A stretch of 64,000 bases of DNA from Tubulanus polymorphus (lineage: Eukaryota > Animalia > Nemertea). Positions 6,851-21,800 of the stretch are shown here, in pieces. The stretch lies in assembly GCF_964204645.1 (NCBI RefSeq), contig NC_134033.1, positions 1 through 64,000 on the forward strand, in the 5' to 3' direction. Below the pieces are notes generated by a model. That model was not told where the DNA came from, did no database searches, and worked only from the letters and a program-made list of their open reading frames with translations. Numbering within the stretch: the stretch's first letter is position 1; every line of letters begins with the position of its first letter. Both the position numbers and the translations under genes were made by a program.

Positions 6851-9800
6851 TTAACCCATCTTTTCTGATTGAATCCATCATCTTTAGAACTAAAAGCAGC
6901 CAGAAAATTCTGTTTCTTTCCACCTATCTATTTGATATCAGTTCAATACACCCAAACCCATCAATTAAGTTAGAATTCATCATCTTTAGAACCCTATTTA
7001 GCTAGAAAAATCTGTATCTTTCAACCCATCTACTCGAAATAAGTTCAGTTTACCTTAACCTATCATTTCGGATCGAGTCTATCATCTTCAGAACCAAATG
7101 CAGCCAGAAAATTCTGATTCTTTCCACCTATCTATTTTAAATCAGTTCAATACGCCTTTACTCATCTTTTCAGATTGAATCCATCATCTTTAGAACCAAA
7201 TGCAGCCAGAAAATTCTGATTCTTTCAACCTATCTATTTTAAATCAGTTCAATACGCCTTTACTCATCTTTTCAGATTGAATCCATCATCTTTAGAACCA
7301 AGAGCAGCCAGAAAATTCTGTTTCTTTCCACCTATCTATTTGAAATCAGTTCAATACGCCTTTACTCATCTTTTCAGATTGAATCCATCATTTTCAGAAC
7401 CAAAAGCAGCCAGAAAATTCTTATTCTTTCCACCTATCTATTTGATATCAGTTCAATACACCCAAACCCATCAATTAAGATAGAATTCATCATCTTTAGA
7501 ACAATATTTAGCTAGAAAAATCTGTATCTTTCAACCCATCTACTCGAAATAAGTTCAGTTTACCTTATCCTATCATTTCAGATCGAGTCTATCATCTTCA
7601 GAACCAAATGCAGCCAGAAAAGTCTGTTTCTTTCCACCTATCTATTTGAAATCAGTTCAATACGCCTTTACTCATCTTTTCAGATTGAATCCATCATCTT
7701 TAGAACCAAGAGCAGCCAGAAAATTCTGTTTCTTTCCACCTATCTATTTGAAATCAGTTCAATGCGCCTTAACCCATCTTTTCAGATTGATTCCATCACC
7801 TTCAGAACCAAAAGCAGCCAGAAAATTCTTATTCTTTCCACCTATTTATTTTAAATCAGTTCAATAAGCCTTAACCCATCTTTTCAGATTGAATCCATCA
7901 TCATCTTTAAAACCAAAAGCAGCCAGAAAATTCTGTTTCTTTCCACCTATCTATTTGAAATCAGTTCAATACGCCTTTACTCATCTTTTCAGATTGAATC
8001 CATCAATTTCAGAAGCATAAGTAGCAAGAAAATTCTGAATCTTTCCACCTATCTATTTGAAATCAGTTCAATACGCCTTAACCCATCTTTTCAGATTGAA
8101 TCCATCATCTTCAGAACCGAAAGCAGCCAGAAAATTCTGATTCTTTCCACCTATCTATTTTAAATCAGTTCAATGCGCCTTAACCCATCTTTTCAGACTG
8201 AATCCATCATCTTCAGAACCGAAAGCAGCTAGAAAATTCTTATTCTTTCCACCTATTTATTTGAAATCAGTTCAATGCGCCTTAACCCATCTTTTCAGAT
8301 TGAATCCATCATCTTTAGAACCATATTTAGCTAGAAAAATCTGTATCTTTCAACCCATCTACTCGAAATAAGTTCAGTTTACCTTATCCTATCATTTCAG
8401 ATCGAGTCTATCATCTTCAGAACCAAATGCAGCCAGAAAATTCTGATTCTTTCCACCTATCTATTTGAAATCAGTTCAATACGCCTTTACTCATCTTTTC
8501 AGATTGAATCCATCATCTTCAGAACCAAAAGCAGCCAGAAAATTCTTATTCTTTCCACCTATTAATTTTAAATCAGTTCAATAAGCCTTAACCCATCTTT
8601 TCAGATTGAATCCATCATCTTTAGAACCAAAAGCAGCCAGAAAATTCTGTTTCTTTCCACCTATCTATTTGAAATCAGTTCAATACGCCTTTACTCATCT
8701 TTTCAGATTGAATCCATCAATTTCAGAAGCATAAGTAGCAAGAAAATTCTGAATCTTTCCACCTATCTATTTGAAATCAGTTCAATAAGCCTTAACCCAT
8801 CTTTTCACATTGATCCATCATCTTTAGAAACAAAAGCAGCCCGAAAATTCTGTTTCTTTCCACCTATCTATTTGAAATCAGTTCAATACGCCCTAACCCA
8901 TCGTTTCAGATTGAATCCATCATCTTCAGAACCAAAAAAAGCCAGAAAATTCTGATTCTTTCCACCTATCTATTTGAAATCATTTCAATACGCCTTAACC
9001 CATCTTTTCACATTGATCCATCATCTTTAGAAACAAAAGCAGCCAGAAAATTCTGTTTCTTTCCACCTATCTATTTGAAATCAGTTCAATACGCCTTTCC
9101 TCATCTTTTCAGATTGAATCCATCAATTTCAGAAGCATAAGTAGCAAGAAAATTCTGAATCTTTCCACCTATCTATTTGAAATCAGTTCAATAAGCCTTA
9201 ACCCATCTTTTCAGATTGAATCCATCATCTTTAGAACCAAAAGCAGCCAGAAAATTCTGTTTCTTTCCACCTATCTATTTGAAATCAGTTCAATACGCCT
9301 TAACCCATCTTTTCACATTGATCCATCATCTTTAGAAACAAAAGCAGCCTGAAAATTCGGTTTCTTTCCACCTATCTATTTTAAATCAGTTCAATAAGCC
9401 TTAACCCATCTTTTCAGATTGAATCCATCATCTTTAGAACCAAAAGCAGCCAGAAAAGTCTGTTTCTTTCCACCTATCTATTTGAAATCAGTTCAATACG
9501 CCTTTACTCATCTTTTCAGATTGAATCCATCATCTTTAGAACCAAGAGCAGCCAGAAAATTCTGTTTCTTTCCACCTATCTATTTGAAATCAGTTCAATG
9601 CGCCTTAACCCATCTTTTCAGATTGATTCCATCATCTTCAGAACCAAAAGCAGCCAGAAAATTCTTATTCTTTCCACCTATTTATTTTAAATCAGTTCAA
9701 TAAGCCTTAACCCATCTTTTCAGATTGAATCCATCATCATCTTTAAAACCAAAAGCAGCCAGAAAATTCTGTTTCTTTCCACCTATCTATTTGAAATCAG

Positions 9801-12800
9801 TTCAATACGCCTTTACTCATCTTTTCAGATTGAATCCATCAATTTCAGAAGCATAAGTAGCAAGAAAATTCTGAATCTTTCCACCTATCTATTTGAAATC
9901 AGTTCAATACGCCTTAACCCATCTTTTCAGATTGAATCCATCATCTTCAGAACCGAAAGCAGCCAGAAAATTCTGATTCTTTCCACCTATCTATTTTAAA
10001 TCAGTTCAATGCGCCTTAACCCATCTTTTCAGACTGAATCCATCATCTTCAGAACCGAAAGCAGCTAGAAAATTCTTATTCTTTCCACCTATTTATTTGA
10101 AATCAGTTCAATGCGCCTTAACCCATCTTTTCAGATTGAATCCATCATCTTTAGAACCATATTTAGCAAGAAAAATCGGTATCTTTCAACCCATCTACTC
10201 GAAATAAGTTCAGTTTACCTTATCCTATCATTTCAGATCGAGTCTATCATCTTCAGAACCAAATGCAGCCAGAAAATTCTGAATCTTTCCACCTATCTAT
10301 TTGAAATCAGTTCAATACGCCTTAACCCATCTTTTCACATTGATCCATCATCTTTAGAAACAAAAGCAGCCAGAAAATTCTGTTTCTTTCCACCTATCTA
10401 TTTGAAATCAGTTCAATACGACTTAACCCATCTTTTCCGATTGAATCCATCATCTTCAGAACCAAAAGCAGCCAGAAAATTCTTATTCTTTCCACCTATT
10501 TATTTTAAATCAGTTCAATAAGCCTTAACCCATCTTTTCAGATTGAATCCATCATCATCTTTAAAACCAAAAGCAGCCAGAAAATTCTGTTTCTTTCCAC
10601 CTATCTATTTGAAATCAGTTCAATACGCCTTTACTCATCTTTTCAGATTGAATCCATCAATTTCAGAAGCATAAGTAGCAAGAAAATTCTGAATCTTTCC
10701 ACCTATCTATTTGAAATCAGTTCAATACGCCTTAACCCATCTTTTCAGATTAAATCCATCATCTTCAGAACCGAAAGCAGCCAGAAAATTCTGATTCTTT
10801 CCACCTATCTATTTTAAATCAGTTCAATGCGCCTTAACCCATCTTTTCAGATTGAATCCATCATCTTCAGAACCAAAAGCAGCCAGAAAATTCTTATTCT
10901 TTCCACCTATTTATTTTAAATCAGTTCCATAAGCCTTAACCCATCTTTTCAGATTGAATCCATCATCTTTAGAACCAAAAGCAGCCAGAAAATTCTGTTT
11001 CTTTCCACCTATCTACTTGAAATCAGTTCAATACACCCAAACCCATCAATTAAGATAGAATTCATCATCTTTAGAACCATATTTAGCTAGAAAAATCTGT
11101 ATCTTTCAACCCATCTACTCGAAATAAGTTCAGCTTACCTTATCCTATCATTTCAGATCGAGTCTATCATCTTCAGAACCAAACGCAGCCAGAAAATTCT
11201 GAATCTTTCCACCTATCTATTTGAAATAAGTTCAATACGCCTTAACCCATCTTTTCAGATTGAATCCATCATCTTCAGAACCAAAAGCAGCCAGAAAATT
11301 CTGTTTCTTTCCACCTACCTATTTGAAATCAGTTCAATACGCCTTAACCCATCTTTTCAGATTGAATCCATCATCTTCAGAACCAAAAGCAGCCAGAAAA
11401 TTCTGATTCTTTCCACCTATCTATTTTAAATCAGTTCAATAAGCCTTAACCCATCTTTTCAGATTGAATCCATCATCTTTAGAACCAAAAGCAGCCAGAA
11501 AAGTCTGTTTCTTTCCACCTATCTATTTGAAATCAGTTCAATACGCCTTTACTCATCTTTTCAGATTGAATCCATCATCTTTAGAACCAAGAGCAGCCAG
11601 AAAATTCTGTTTCTTTCCACCTATCTATTTGAAATCAGTTCAATACGCCTTTACTCATCTTTTCAGATTGAATCCATCATCTTCAGAACCAAAAGCAGCC
11701 AGAAAATTCTTATTCTTTCCACCTATTTATTTTAAATCAGTTCAATAAGCCTTAACCCATCTTTTCAGATTGAATCCATCATCTTTAGAACCAAAAGCAG
11801 CCAGAAAATTCTGTTTCTTTCCACCTATCTATTTGAAATCAGTTCAATACGCCTTTACTCATCTTTTCAGATTGAATCCATCAATTTCAGAAGCATAAGT
11901 AGCAAGAAAATTCTGAATCTTTCCACCTATCTATTTGAAATCAGTTCAATACGCCTTAACCCATCTTTTCAGATTGAATCCATCATCTTCAGAACCAAAA
12001 GCAGCCAGAAAATTCTTATTCTTTCCACCTATTTATTTGAAATCAGTTCAATGCGCCTTAACCCATCTTTTCAGATTGAATCCATCATCTTCAGAACCAA
12101 AAGCAGCCAGAAAATTCTTATTCTTTCCACCTATTTATTTGAAATCAGTTCAATAAGCCTTAACCCATCTTTTCACATTGATCCATCATCTTTAGAAACA
12201 AAAGCAGCCAGAAAATTCTGTTTCTTTCCACCTATCTATTTGAAATCAGTTCAATACGCCCTAACCCATCGTTTCAGATTGAATCCATCATCTTCAGAAC
12301 CAAAAGAAGCCAGAAAATTCTGATTCTTTCCACCTATCTATTTGAAATCATTTCAATACGCCTTAACCCATCTTTTCACATTGATCCATCATCTTTAGAA
12401 ACAAAAGCAGCCAGAAAATTCTGTTTCTTTCCACCTATCTATTTGAAATCAGTTCAATACGCCTTAACCCATCTTTTCAGATTGAATCCATCAACTTCAG
12501 AAGCATAAGTAGTCAGAAAATTCTTAATCTTTTAACCAATCTATTAAAAATCAGTTCTGTACATCCTAACCCATCAATTAAGATAGAATTCATCATCTTT
12601 AGAACCATATTTAGCTAGAAAAATCTGTATCTTTCAACCCATCTACTCGAAATCAGTTCAGTTTACCTTATCCTATCATTTCAGATCGAGTCTATCATCT
12701 TCAGAACCAAAAGCAGCCAGAAAATTCTGATTCTTTCAACCTATCTATTTGAAATCAGTTCAATACGCCTTTACTCATCTTTTCAGATTGAATCCATCAA

Positions 12801-15800
12801 TTTCAGAAGCATAAGTAGCAAGAAAATTCTGAATCTTTCCACCTATCTATTTGAAATCAGTTCAATACGCCTTAACCCATCTTTTCACATTGAATCCATC
12901 ATCTTCAGAACCAAAAGCAGCCAGAAAATTCTTATTCTTTCCACCTATTTATTTTAAATCAGTTCAATAAGCCTTAACCCATCTTTTCAGATTGAATCCA
13001 TCATCTTTAGAACCAAAAGCAGCCAGAAAATTCTGATTCTTTCCACCTATCTATTTTAAATCAGTTCAATAAGCCTTAACCCATCTTTTCAGATTGAATC
13101 CATCATCTTTAGAACCAAAAGCAGCCAGAAAAGTCTGTTTCTTTCCACCTATCTATTTGAAATCAGTTCAATACGCCTTTACTCATCTTTTCAGATTGAA
13201 TCCATCATCTTTAGAACCAAGAGCAGCCAGAAAATTCTGTTTCTTTCCACCTATCTATTTGAAATCAGTTCAATGCGCCTTAACCCATCTTTTCAGATTG
13301 ATTCCATCACCTTCAGAACCAAAAGCAGCCAGAAAATTCTTATTCTTTCCACCTATTTATTTTAAATCAGTTCAATAAGCCTTAACCCATCTTTTCAGAT
13401 TGAATCCATCATCATCTTTAAAACCAAAAGCAGCCAGAAAATTCTGTTTCTTTCCACCTATCTATTTGAAATCAGTTCAATACGCCTTTACTCATCTTTT
13501 CAGATTGAATCCATCAATTTCAGAAGCATAAGTAGCAAGAAAATTCTGAATCTTTCCACCTATCTATTTGAAATCAGTTCAATACGCCTTAACCCATCTT
13601 TTCAGATTGAATCCATCATCTTCAGAACCGAAAGCAGCCAGAAAATTCTGATTCTTTCCACCTATCTATTTTAAATCAGTTCAATGCGCCTTAACCCATC
13701 TTTTCAGACTGAATCCAACATCTTCAGAACCGAAAGCAGCTAGAAAATTCTTATTCTTTCCACCTATTTATTTGAAATCAGTTCAATGCGCCTTAACCCA
13801 TCTTTTCAGATTGAATCCATCATCTTTAGAACCATATTTAGCTAGAAAAATCTGTATCTTTCAACCCATCTACTCGAAATAAGTTCAGTTTACCTTATCC
13901 TATCATTTCAGATCGAGTCTATCATCTTCAGAACCAAATGCAGCCAGAAAATTCTGAATCTTTCCACCTATCTATTTGAAATCAGTTCAATACGCCTTAA
14001 CCCATCTTTTCACATTGATCCATCATCTTTAGAAACAAAAGCAGCCAGAAAATTCTGTTTCTTTCCACCTATCTATTTGAAATCAGTTCAATACGACTTA
14101 ACCCATCTTTTCCGATTGAATCCATCATCTTCAGAACCAAAAGCAGCCAGAAAATTCTTATTCTTTCCACCTATTTATTTTAAATCAGTTCAATAAGCCT
14201 TAACCCATCTTTTCAGATTGAATCCATCATCATCTTTAAAACCAAAAGCAGCCAGAAAATTCTGTTTCTTTCCACCTATCTATTTGAAATCAGTTCAATA
14301 CGCCTTTACTCATCTTTTCAGATTGAATCCATCAATTTCAGAAGCATAAGTAGCAAGAAAATTCTGAATCTTTCCACCTATCTATTTGAAATCAGTTCAA
14401 TACGCCTTAACCCATCTTTTCAGATTAAATCCATCATCTTTAAAACCAAAAGCAGCCAGAAAATTCTGTTTCTTTCCACCTATCTATTTGAAATCAGTTC
14501 AATACGCCTTTACTCATCTTTTCAGATTGAATCCATCAATTTCAGAAGCATAAGTAGCAAGAAAATTCTGAATCTTTCCACCTATCTATTTGAAATCAGT
14601 TCAATACGCCTTAACCCATCTTTTCACATTGAATCCATCATCTTCAGAACCAAAAGCAGCCAGAAAATTCTTATTCTTTCCACCTATTTATTTTAAATCA
14701 GTTCAATAAGCCTTAACCCATCTTTTCAGATTGAATCCATCATCTTTAGAACCAAAAGCAGCCAGAAAATTCTGTTTCTTTCCACCTATCTATTTGAAAT
14801 CAGTTCAATACGCCTTAACCCATCTTTTCACATTGATCCATCATCTTTAGAAACAAAAGCAGCCTGAAAATTCGGTTTCTTTCCACCTATCTATTTGAAA
14901 TCAGTTCAATACGCCCTAACCCATCTTTTTAGATTGAATCCATCATCTTCAGAACCAAAAGCAGCCAGAAAATTCTGATTCTTTCCACCTATCTATTTTA
15001 AATCAGTTCAATAAGCCTTAACCCATCTTTTCAGATTGAATCCATCATCTTTAGAACCAAAAGCAGCCAGAAAAGTCTGTTTCTTTCCACCTATCTATTT
15101 GAAATCAGTTCAATACGCCTTTACTCATCTTTTCAGATTGAATCCATCATCTTTAGAACCAAGAGCAGCCAGAAAATTCTGTTTCTTTCCACCTATCTAT
15201 TTGAAATCAGTTCAATGCGCCTTAACCCATCTTTTCAGATTGATTCCATCATCTTCAGAACCAAAAGCAGCCAGAAAATTCTTATTCTTTCCACCTATTT
15301 ATTTTAAATCAGTTCAATAAGCCTTAACCCATCTTTTCAGATTGAATCCATCATCATCTTTAAAACCAAAAGCAGCCAGAAAATTCTGTTTCTTTCCACC
15401 TATCTATTTGAAATCAGTTCAATACGCCTTTACTCATCTTTTCAGATTGAATCCATCAATTTCAGAAGCATAAGTAGCAAGAAAATTCTGAATCTTTCCA
15501 CCTATCTATTTGAAATCAGTTCAATACGCCTTAACCCATCTTTTCAGATTGAATCCATCATCTTCAGAACCGAAAGCAGCCAGAAAATTCTGATTCTTTC
15601 CACCTATCTATTTTAAATCAGTTCAATGCGCCTTAACCCATCTTTTCAGCCTGAATCCATCATCTTCAGAACCGAAAGCAGCTAGAAAATTCTTATTCTT
15701 TCCACCTATTTATTTGAAATCAGTTCAATGCGCCTTAACCCATCTTTTCAGATTGAATCCATCATCTTTAGAACCATATTTAGCTAGAAAAATCTGTATC

Positions 15801-18800
15801 TTTCAACCCATCTACTCGAAATAAGTTCAGTTTACCTTATCCTATCATTTCAGATCGAGTCTATCATCTTCAGAACCAAATGCAGCCAGAAAATTCTGAA
15901 TCTTTCCACCTATCTATTTGAAATCAGTTCAATACGCCTTAACCCATCTTTTCACATTGATCCATCATCTTTAGAAACAAAAGCAGCCAGAAAATTCTGT
16001 TTCTTTCCACCTATCTATTTGAAATCAGTTCAATACGACTTAACCCATCTTTTCCGATTGAATCCATCATCTTCAGAACCAAAAGCAGCCAGAAAATTCT
16101 TATTCTTTCCACCTATTTATTTTAAATCAGTTCAATAAGCCTTAACCCATCTTTTCAGATTGAATCCATCATCATCTTTAAAACCAAAAGCAGCCAGAAA
16201 ATTCTGTTTCTTTCCACCTATCTATTTGAAATCAGTTCAATACGCCTTTACTCATCTTTTCAGATTGAATCCATCAATTTCAGAAGCATAAGTAGCAAGA
16301 AAATTCTGAATCTTTCCACCTATCTATTTGAAATCAGTTCAATACGCCTTAACCCATCTTTTCAGATTAAATCCATCATCTTCAGAACCGAAAGCAGCCA
16401 GAAAATTCTGATTCTTTCCACCTATCTATTTTAAATCAGTTCAATGCGCCTTAACCCATCTTTTCAGATTGAATCCATCATCTTCAGAACCAAAAGCAGC
16501 CAGAAAATTCTTATTCTTTCCACCTATTTATTTTAAATCAGTTCCATAAGCCTTAACCCATCTTTTCAGATTGAATCCATCATCTTTAGAACCAAAAGCA
16601 GCCAGAAAATTCTGTTTCTTTCCACCTATCTACTTGAAATCAGTTCAATACACCCAAACCCATCAATTAAGATAGAATTCATCATCTTTAGAACCATATT
16701 TAGCTAGAAAAATCTGTATCTTTCAACCCATCTACTCGAAATAAGTTCAGCTTACCTTATCCTATCATTTCAGATCGAGTCTATCATCTTCAGAACCAAA
16801 CGCAGCCAGAAAATTCTGATTCTTTCAACCTATCTATTTGAAATCAGTTCAATACGCCTTTCCTTATCTTTTCAGATTGAATCCATCAATTTCAGAAGCA
16901 TAAGTAGCAAGAAAATTCTGAATCTTTCCACCTATCTATTTGAAATCAGTTCAATACGCCTTAACCCATCTTTTCAGATTGAATCCATCATCTTCAGAAC
17001 CAAAAGCAGCCAGAAAATTCTGTTTCTTTCCACCTACCTATTTGAAATCAGTTCAATACGCCTTAACCCACCGTTTCACATTGATCCATCATCTTTAGAA
17101 ACAAAAGCAGCCAGAAAATTCTGTTTCTTTCCACCTATCTATTTGAAATCAGTAAAATACGCCCTAACCCATCTTTTCAGATTAAATCCATCATCTTCAG
17201 AACCGAAAGCAGCCAGAAAATTCTGATTCTTTCCACCTATCTATTTTAAATCAGTTCAATGCGCCTTAACCCATCTTTTCAGATTGAATCCATCATCTTC
17301 AGAACCAAAAGCAGCCAGAAAATTCTTATTCTTTCCACCTATTTATTTTAAATCAGTTCCATAAGCCTTAACCCATCTTTTCAGATTGAATCCATCATCT
17401 TTAGAACCAAAAGCAGCCAGAAAATTCTGATTCTTTCCACCTATCTATTTTAAATCAGTTCAATGCGCCTTAACCCATCTTTTCAGATTGAATCCATCAT
17501 CTTCAGAACCAAAAGCAGCCAGAAAATTCTGATTCTTTCCACCTATCTATTTGAAATCAGTTCAATACACCCAAACCCATCAATTAAGATAGAATTCATC
17601 ATCTTTAGAACCATATTTAGCTAGAAAAATCTGTATCTTTCAACCCATCTACTCGAAATAAGTTCAGCTTACCTTATCCTATCATTTCAGATCGAGTCTA
17701 TCATCTTCAGAACCAAACGCAGCCAGAAAATTCTGAATCTTTCCACCTATCTATTTGAAATCAGTTCAATACGCCTTAACCCATCTTTTCAGATTGAATC
17801 CATCATCTTCAGAACCAAAAGCAGCCAGAAAATTCTGTTTCTTTCCACCTACCTATTTGAAATCAGTTCAATACGCCTTAACCCATCTTTTCAGATTGAA
17901 TCCATCATCTTCAGAACCAAAAGCAGCCAGAAAATTCTGATTCTTTCCACCTATCTATTTTAAATCAGTTCAATAAGCCTTAACCCATCTTTTCAGATTG
18001 AATCCATCATCTTTAGAACCAAAAGCAGCCAGAAAAGTCTGTTTCTTTCCACCTATCTATTTGAAATCAGTTCAATACGCCTTTACTCATCTTTTCAGAT
18101 TGAATCCATCATCTTTAGAACCAAGAGCAGCCAGAAAATTCTGTTTCTTTCCACCTATCTATTTGAAATCAGTTCAATACGCCTTTACTCATCTTTTCAG
18201 ATTGAATCCATCATCTTCAGAACCAAAAGCAGCCAGAAAATTCTTATTCTTTCCACCTATTTATTTTAAATCAGTTCAATAAGCCTTAACCCATCTTTTC
18301 AGATTGAATCCATCATCTTTAGAACCAAAAGCAGCCAGAAAATTCTGTTTCTTTCCACCTATCTATTTGAAATCAGTTCAATACGCCTTTACTCATCTTT
18401 TCAGATTGAATCCATCAATTTCAGAAGCATAAGTAGCAAGAAAATTCTGAATCTTTCCACCTATCTATTTGAAATCAGTTCAATACGCCTTAACCCATCT
18501 TTTCAGATTGAATCCATCATCTTCAGAACCAAAAGCAGCCAGAAAATTCTTATTCTTTCCACCTATTTATTTGAAATCAGTTCAATGCGCCTTAACCCAT
18601 CTTTTCAGATTGAATCCATCATCTTCAGAACCAAAAGCAGCCAGAAAATTCTTATTCTTTCCACCTATTTATTTGAAATCAGTTCAATAAGCCTTAACCC
18701 ATCTTTTCACATTGATCCATCATCTTTAGAAACAAAAGCAGCCAGAAAATTCTGTTTCTTTCCACCTATCTATTTGAAATCAGTTCAATACGCCCTAACC

Positions 18801-21800
18801 CATCGTTTCAGATTGAATCCATCATCTTCAGAACCAAAAGAAGCCAGAAAATTCTGATTCTTTCCACCTATCTACTTGAAATCAGTTCAATACACCCAAA
18901 CCCATCAATTAAGATAGAATTCATCATCTTTAGAACCATATTTAGCTAGAAAAATCTGTATCTTTCAACCCATCTACTCGAAATAAGTTCAGCTTACCTT
19001 ATCCTATCATTTCAGATCGAGTCTATCATCTTCAGAACCAAACGCAGCCAGAAAATTCTGATTCTTTCAACCTATCTATTTGAAATCAGTTCAATACGCC
19101 TTTCCTTATCTTTTCAGATTGAATCCATCAATTTCAGAAGCATAAGTAGCAAGAAAATTCTGAATCTTTCCACCTATCTATTTGAAATCAGTTCAATACG
19201 CCTTAACCCATCTTTTCAGATTGAATCCATCATCTTCAGAACCAAAAGCAGCCAGAAAATTCTGTTTCTTTCCACCTACCTATTTGAAATCAGTTCAATA
19301 CGCCTTAACCCACCTTTTCACATTGATCCATCATCTTTAGAAACAAAAGCAGCCAGAAAATTCTGTTTCTTTCCACCTATCTATTTGAAATCAGTTCAAT
19401 ACGCCCTAACCCATCTTTTCAGATTGAATCCATCATCTTCAGAACCAAAAGCAGCCAGAAAATTCTGATTCTTTCCACCTATCTATTTTAAATCAGTTCA
19501 ATAAGCCTTAACCCATCTTTTCAGATTGAATCCATCATCTTTAGAACCAAAAGCAGCCAGAAAAGGCTGTTTCTTTCCACCTATCTATTTGAAATCAGTT
19601 CAATACGCCTTTACTCATCTTTTCAGATTGAATCCATCATCTTTAGAACCAAGAGCAGCCAGAAAATTCTGTTTCTTTCCACCTATCTATTTGAAATCAG
19701 TTCAATACGCCTTTACTCATCTTTTCAGATTGAATCCATCAATTTCAGAAGCATAAGTAGCAAGAAAATTCTGAATCTTTCCACCTATCTATTTGAAATC
19801 AGTTCAATACGCCTTAACCCATCTTTTCACATTGAATCCATCATCTTCAGAACCAAAAGCAGCCAGAAAATTCTTATTCTTTCCACCTATTTATTTTAAA
19901 TCAGTTCAATAAGCCTTAACCCATCTTTTCAGATTGAATCCATCATCTTTAGAACCAAAAGCAGCCAGAAAATTCTGTTTCTTTCCACCTATCTATTTGA
20001 AATCAGTTCAATACGCCTTAACCCATCTTTTCACATTGATCCATCATCTTTAGAAACAAAAGCAGCCTGAAAATTCGGTTTCTTTCCACCTATCTATTTG
20101 AAATCAGTTCAATACGCCCTAACCCATCTTTTTAGATTGAATCCATCATCTTCAGAACCAAAAGCAGCCAGAAAATTCTGATTCTCTCCACCTATCTATT
20201 TTAAATCAGTTCAAATAAGCCTTAACCCATCTTTTCAGATTGAATCCATCATCTTTAGAACCAAAAGCAGCCAGAAAAGTCTGTTTCTTTCCACCTATCT
20301 ATTTGAAATCAGTTCAATACGCCTTTACTCATCTTTTCAGATTGAATCCATCATCTTTAGAACCAAGAGCAGCCAGAAAATTCTGTTTCTTTCCACCTAT
20401 CTATTTGAAATCAGTTCAATGCGCCTTAACCCATCTTTTCAGATTGATTCCATCATCTTCAGAACCAAAAGCAGCCAGAAAATTCTTATTCTTTCCACCT
20501 ATTTATTTTTAATCAGTTCAATAAGCCTTAACCCATCTTTTCAGATTGAATCCATCATCATCTTTAAAACCAAAAGCAGCCAGAAAATTCTGTTTCTTTC
20601 CACCTATCTATTTGAAATCAGTTCAATACGCCTTTACTCATCTTTTCAGATTGAATCCATCAATTTCAGAAGCATAAGTAGCAAGAAAATTCTGAATCTT
20701 TCCACCTATCTATTTGAAATCAGTTCAATACGCCTTAACCCATCTTTTCAGATTGAATCCATCATCTTCAGAACCAAAAGCAGCCAGAAAATTCTTATTC
20801 TTTCCACCTATTTATTTGAAATCAGTTCAATGCGCCTTAACCCATCTTTTCAGATTGAATCCATCATCTTCAGAACCAAAAGCAGCCAGAAAATTCTTAT
20901 TCTTTCCACCTATTTATTTGAAATCAGTTCAATAAGCCTTAACCCATCTTTTCACATTGATCCATCATCTTTAGAAACAAAAGCAGCCAGAAAATTCTGT
21001 TTCTTTCCACCTATCTATTTGAAATCAGTTCAATACGCCCTAACCCATCGTTTCAGATTGAATCCATCATCTTCAGAACCAAAAGAAGCCAGAAAATTCT
21101 GATTCTTTCCACCTATCTATTTGAAATCATTTCAATACGCCTTAACCCATCTTTTCACATTGATCCATCATCTTTAGAAACAAAAGCAGCCAGAAAATTC
21201 TGTTTCTTTCCACCTATCTATTTGAAATCAGTTCAATACGCCTTAACCCATCTTTTCAGATTGAATCCATCAACTTCAGAAGCATAAGTAGTCAGAAAAT
21301 TCTTAATCTTTTAACCAATCTATTAAAAATCAGTTCTGTACATCCTAACCCATCAATTAAGATAGAATTCATCATCTTTAGAACCATATTTAGCTAGAAA
21401 AATCTGTATCTTTCAACCCATCTACTCGAAATCAGTTCAGTTTACCTTATCCTATCATTTCAGATCGAGTCTATCATCTTCAGAACCAAAAGCAGCCAGA
21501 AAATTCTGATTCTTTCAACCTATCTATTTGAAATCAGTTCAATACGCCTTTACTCATCTTTTCAGATTGAATCCATCAATTTCAGAAGCATAAGTAGCAA
21601 GAAAATTCTGAATCTTTCCACCTATCTATTTGAAATCAGTTCAATACGCCTTAACCCATCTTTTCACATTGAATCCATCATCTTCAGAACCAAAAGCAGC
21701 CAGAAAATTCTTATTCTTTCCACCTATTTATTTTAAATCAGTTCAATAAGCCTTAACCCATCTTTTCAGATTGAATCCATCATCTTTAGAACCAAAAGCA

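Noticed and set aside
6714-6923. ORF 6714-6923 (-)
   Set aside because: Starts inside the satellite and crosses a low-complexity spacer; no domain evidence.
7310-7320. Heat-shock element AGAAAATTCT in each monomer
   Set aside because: Only two inverted nGAAn units are present; the third in-phase unit needed for a canonical HSE is missing.
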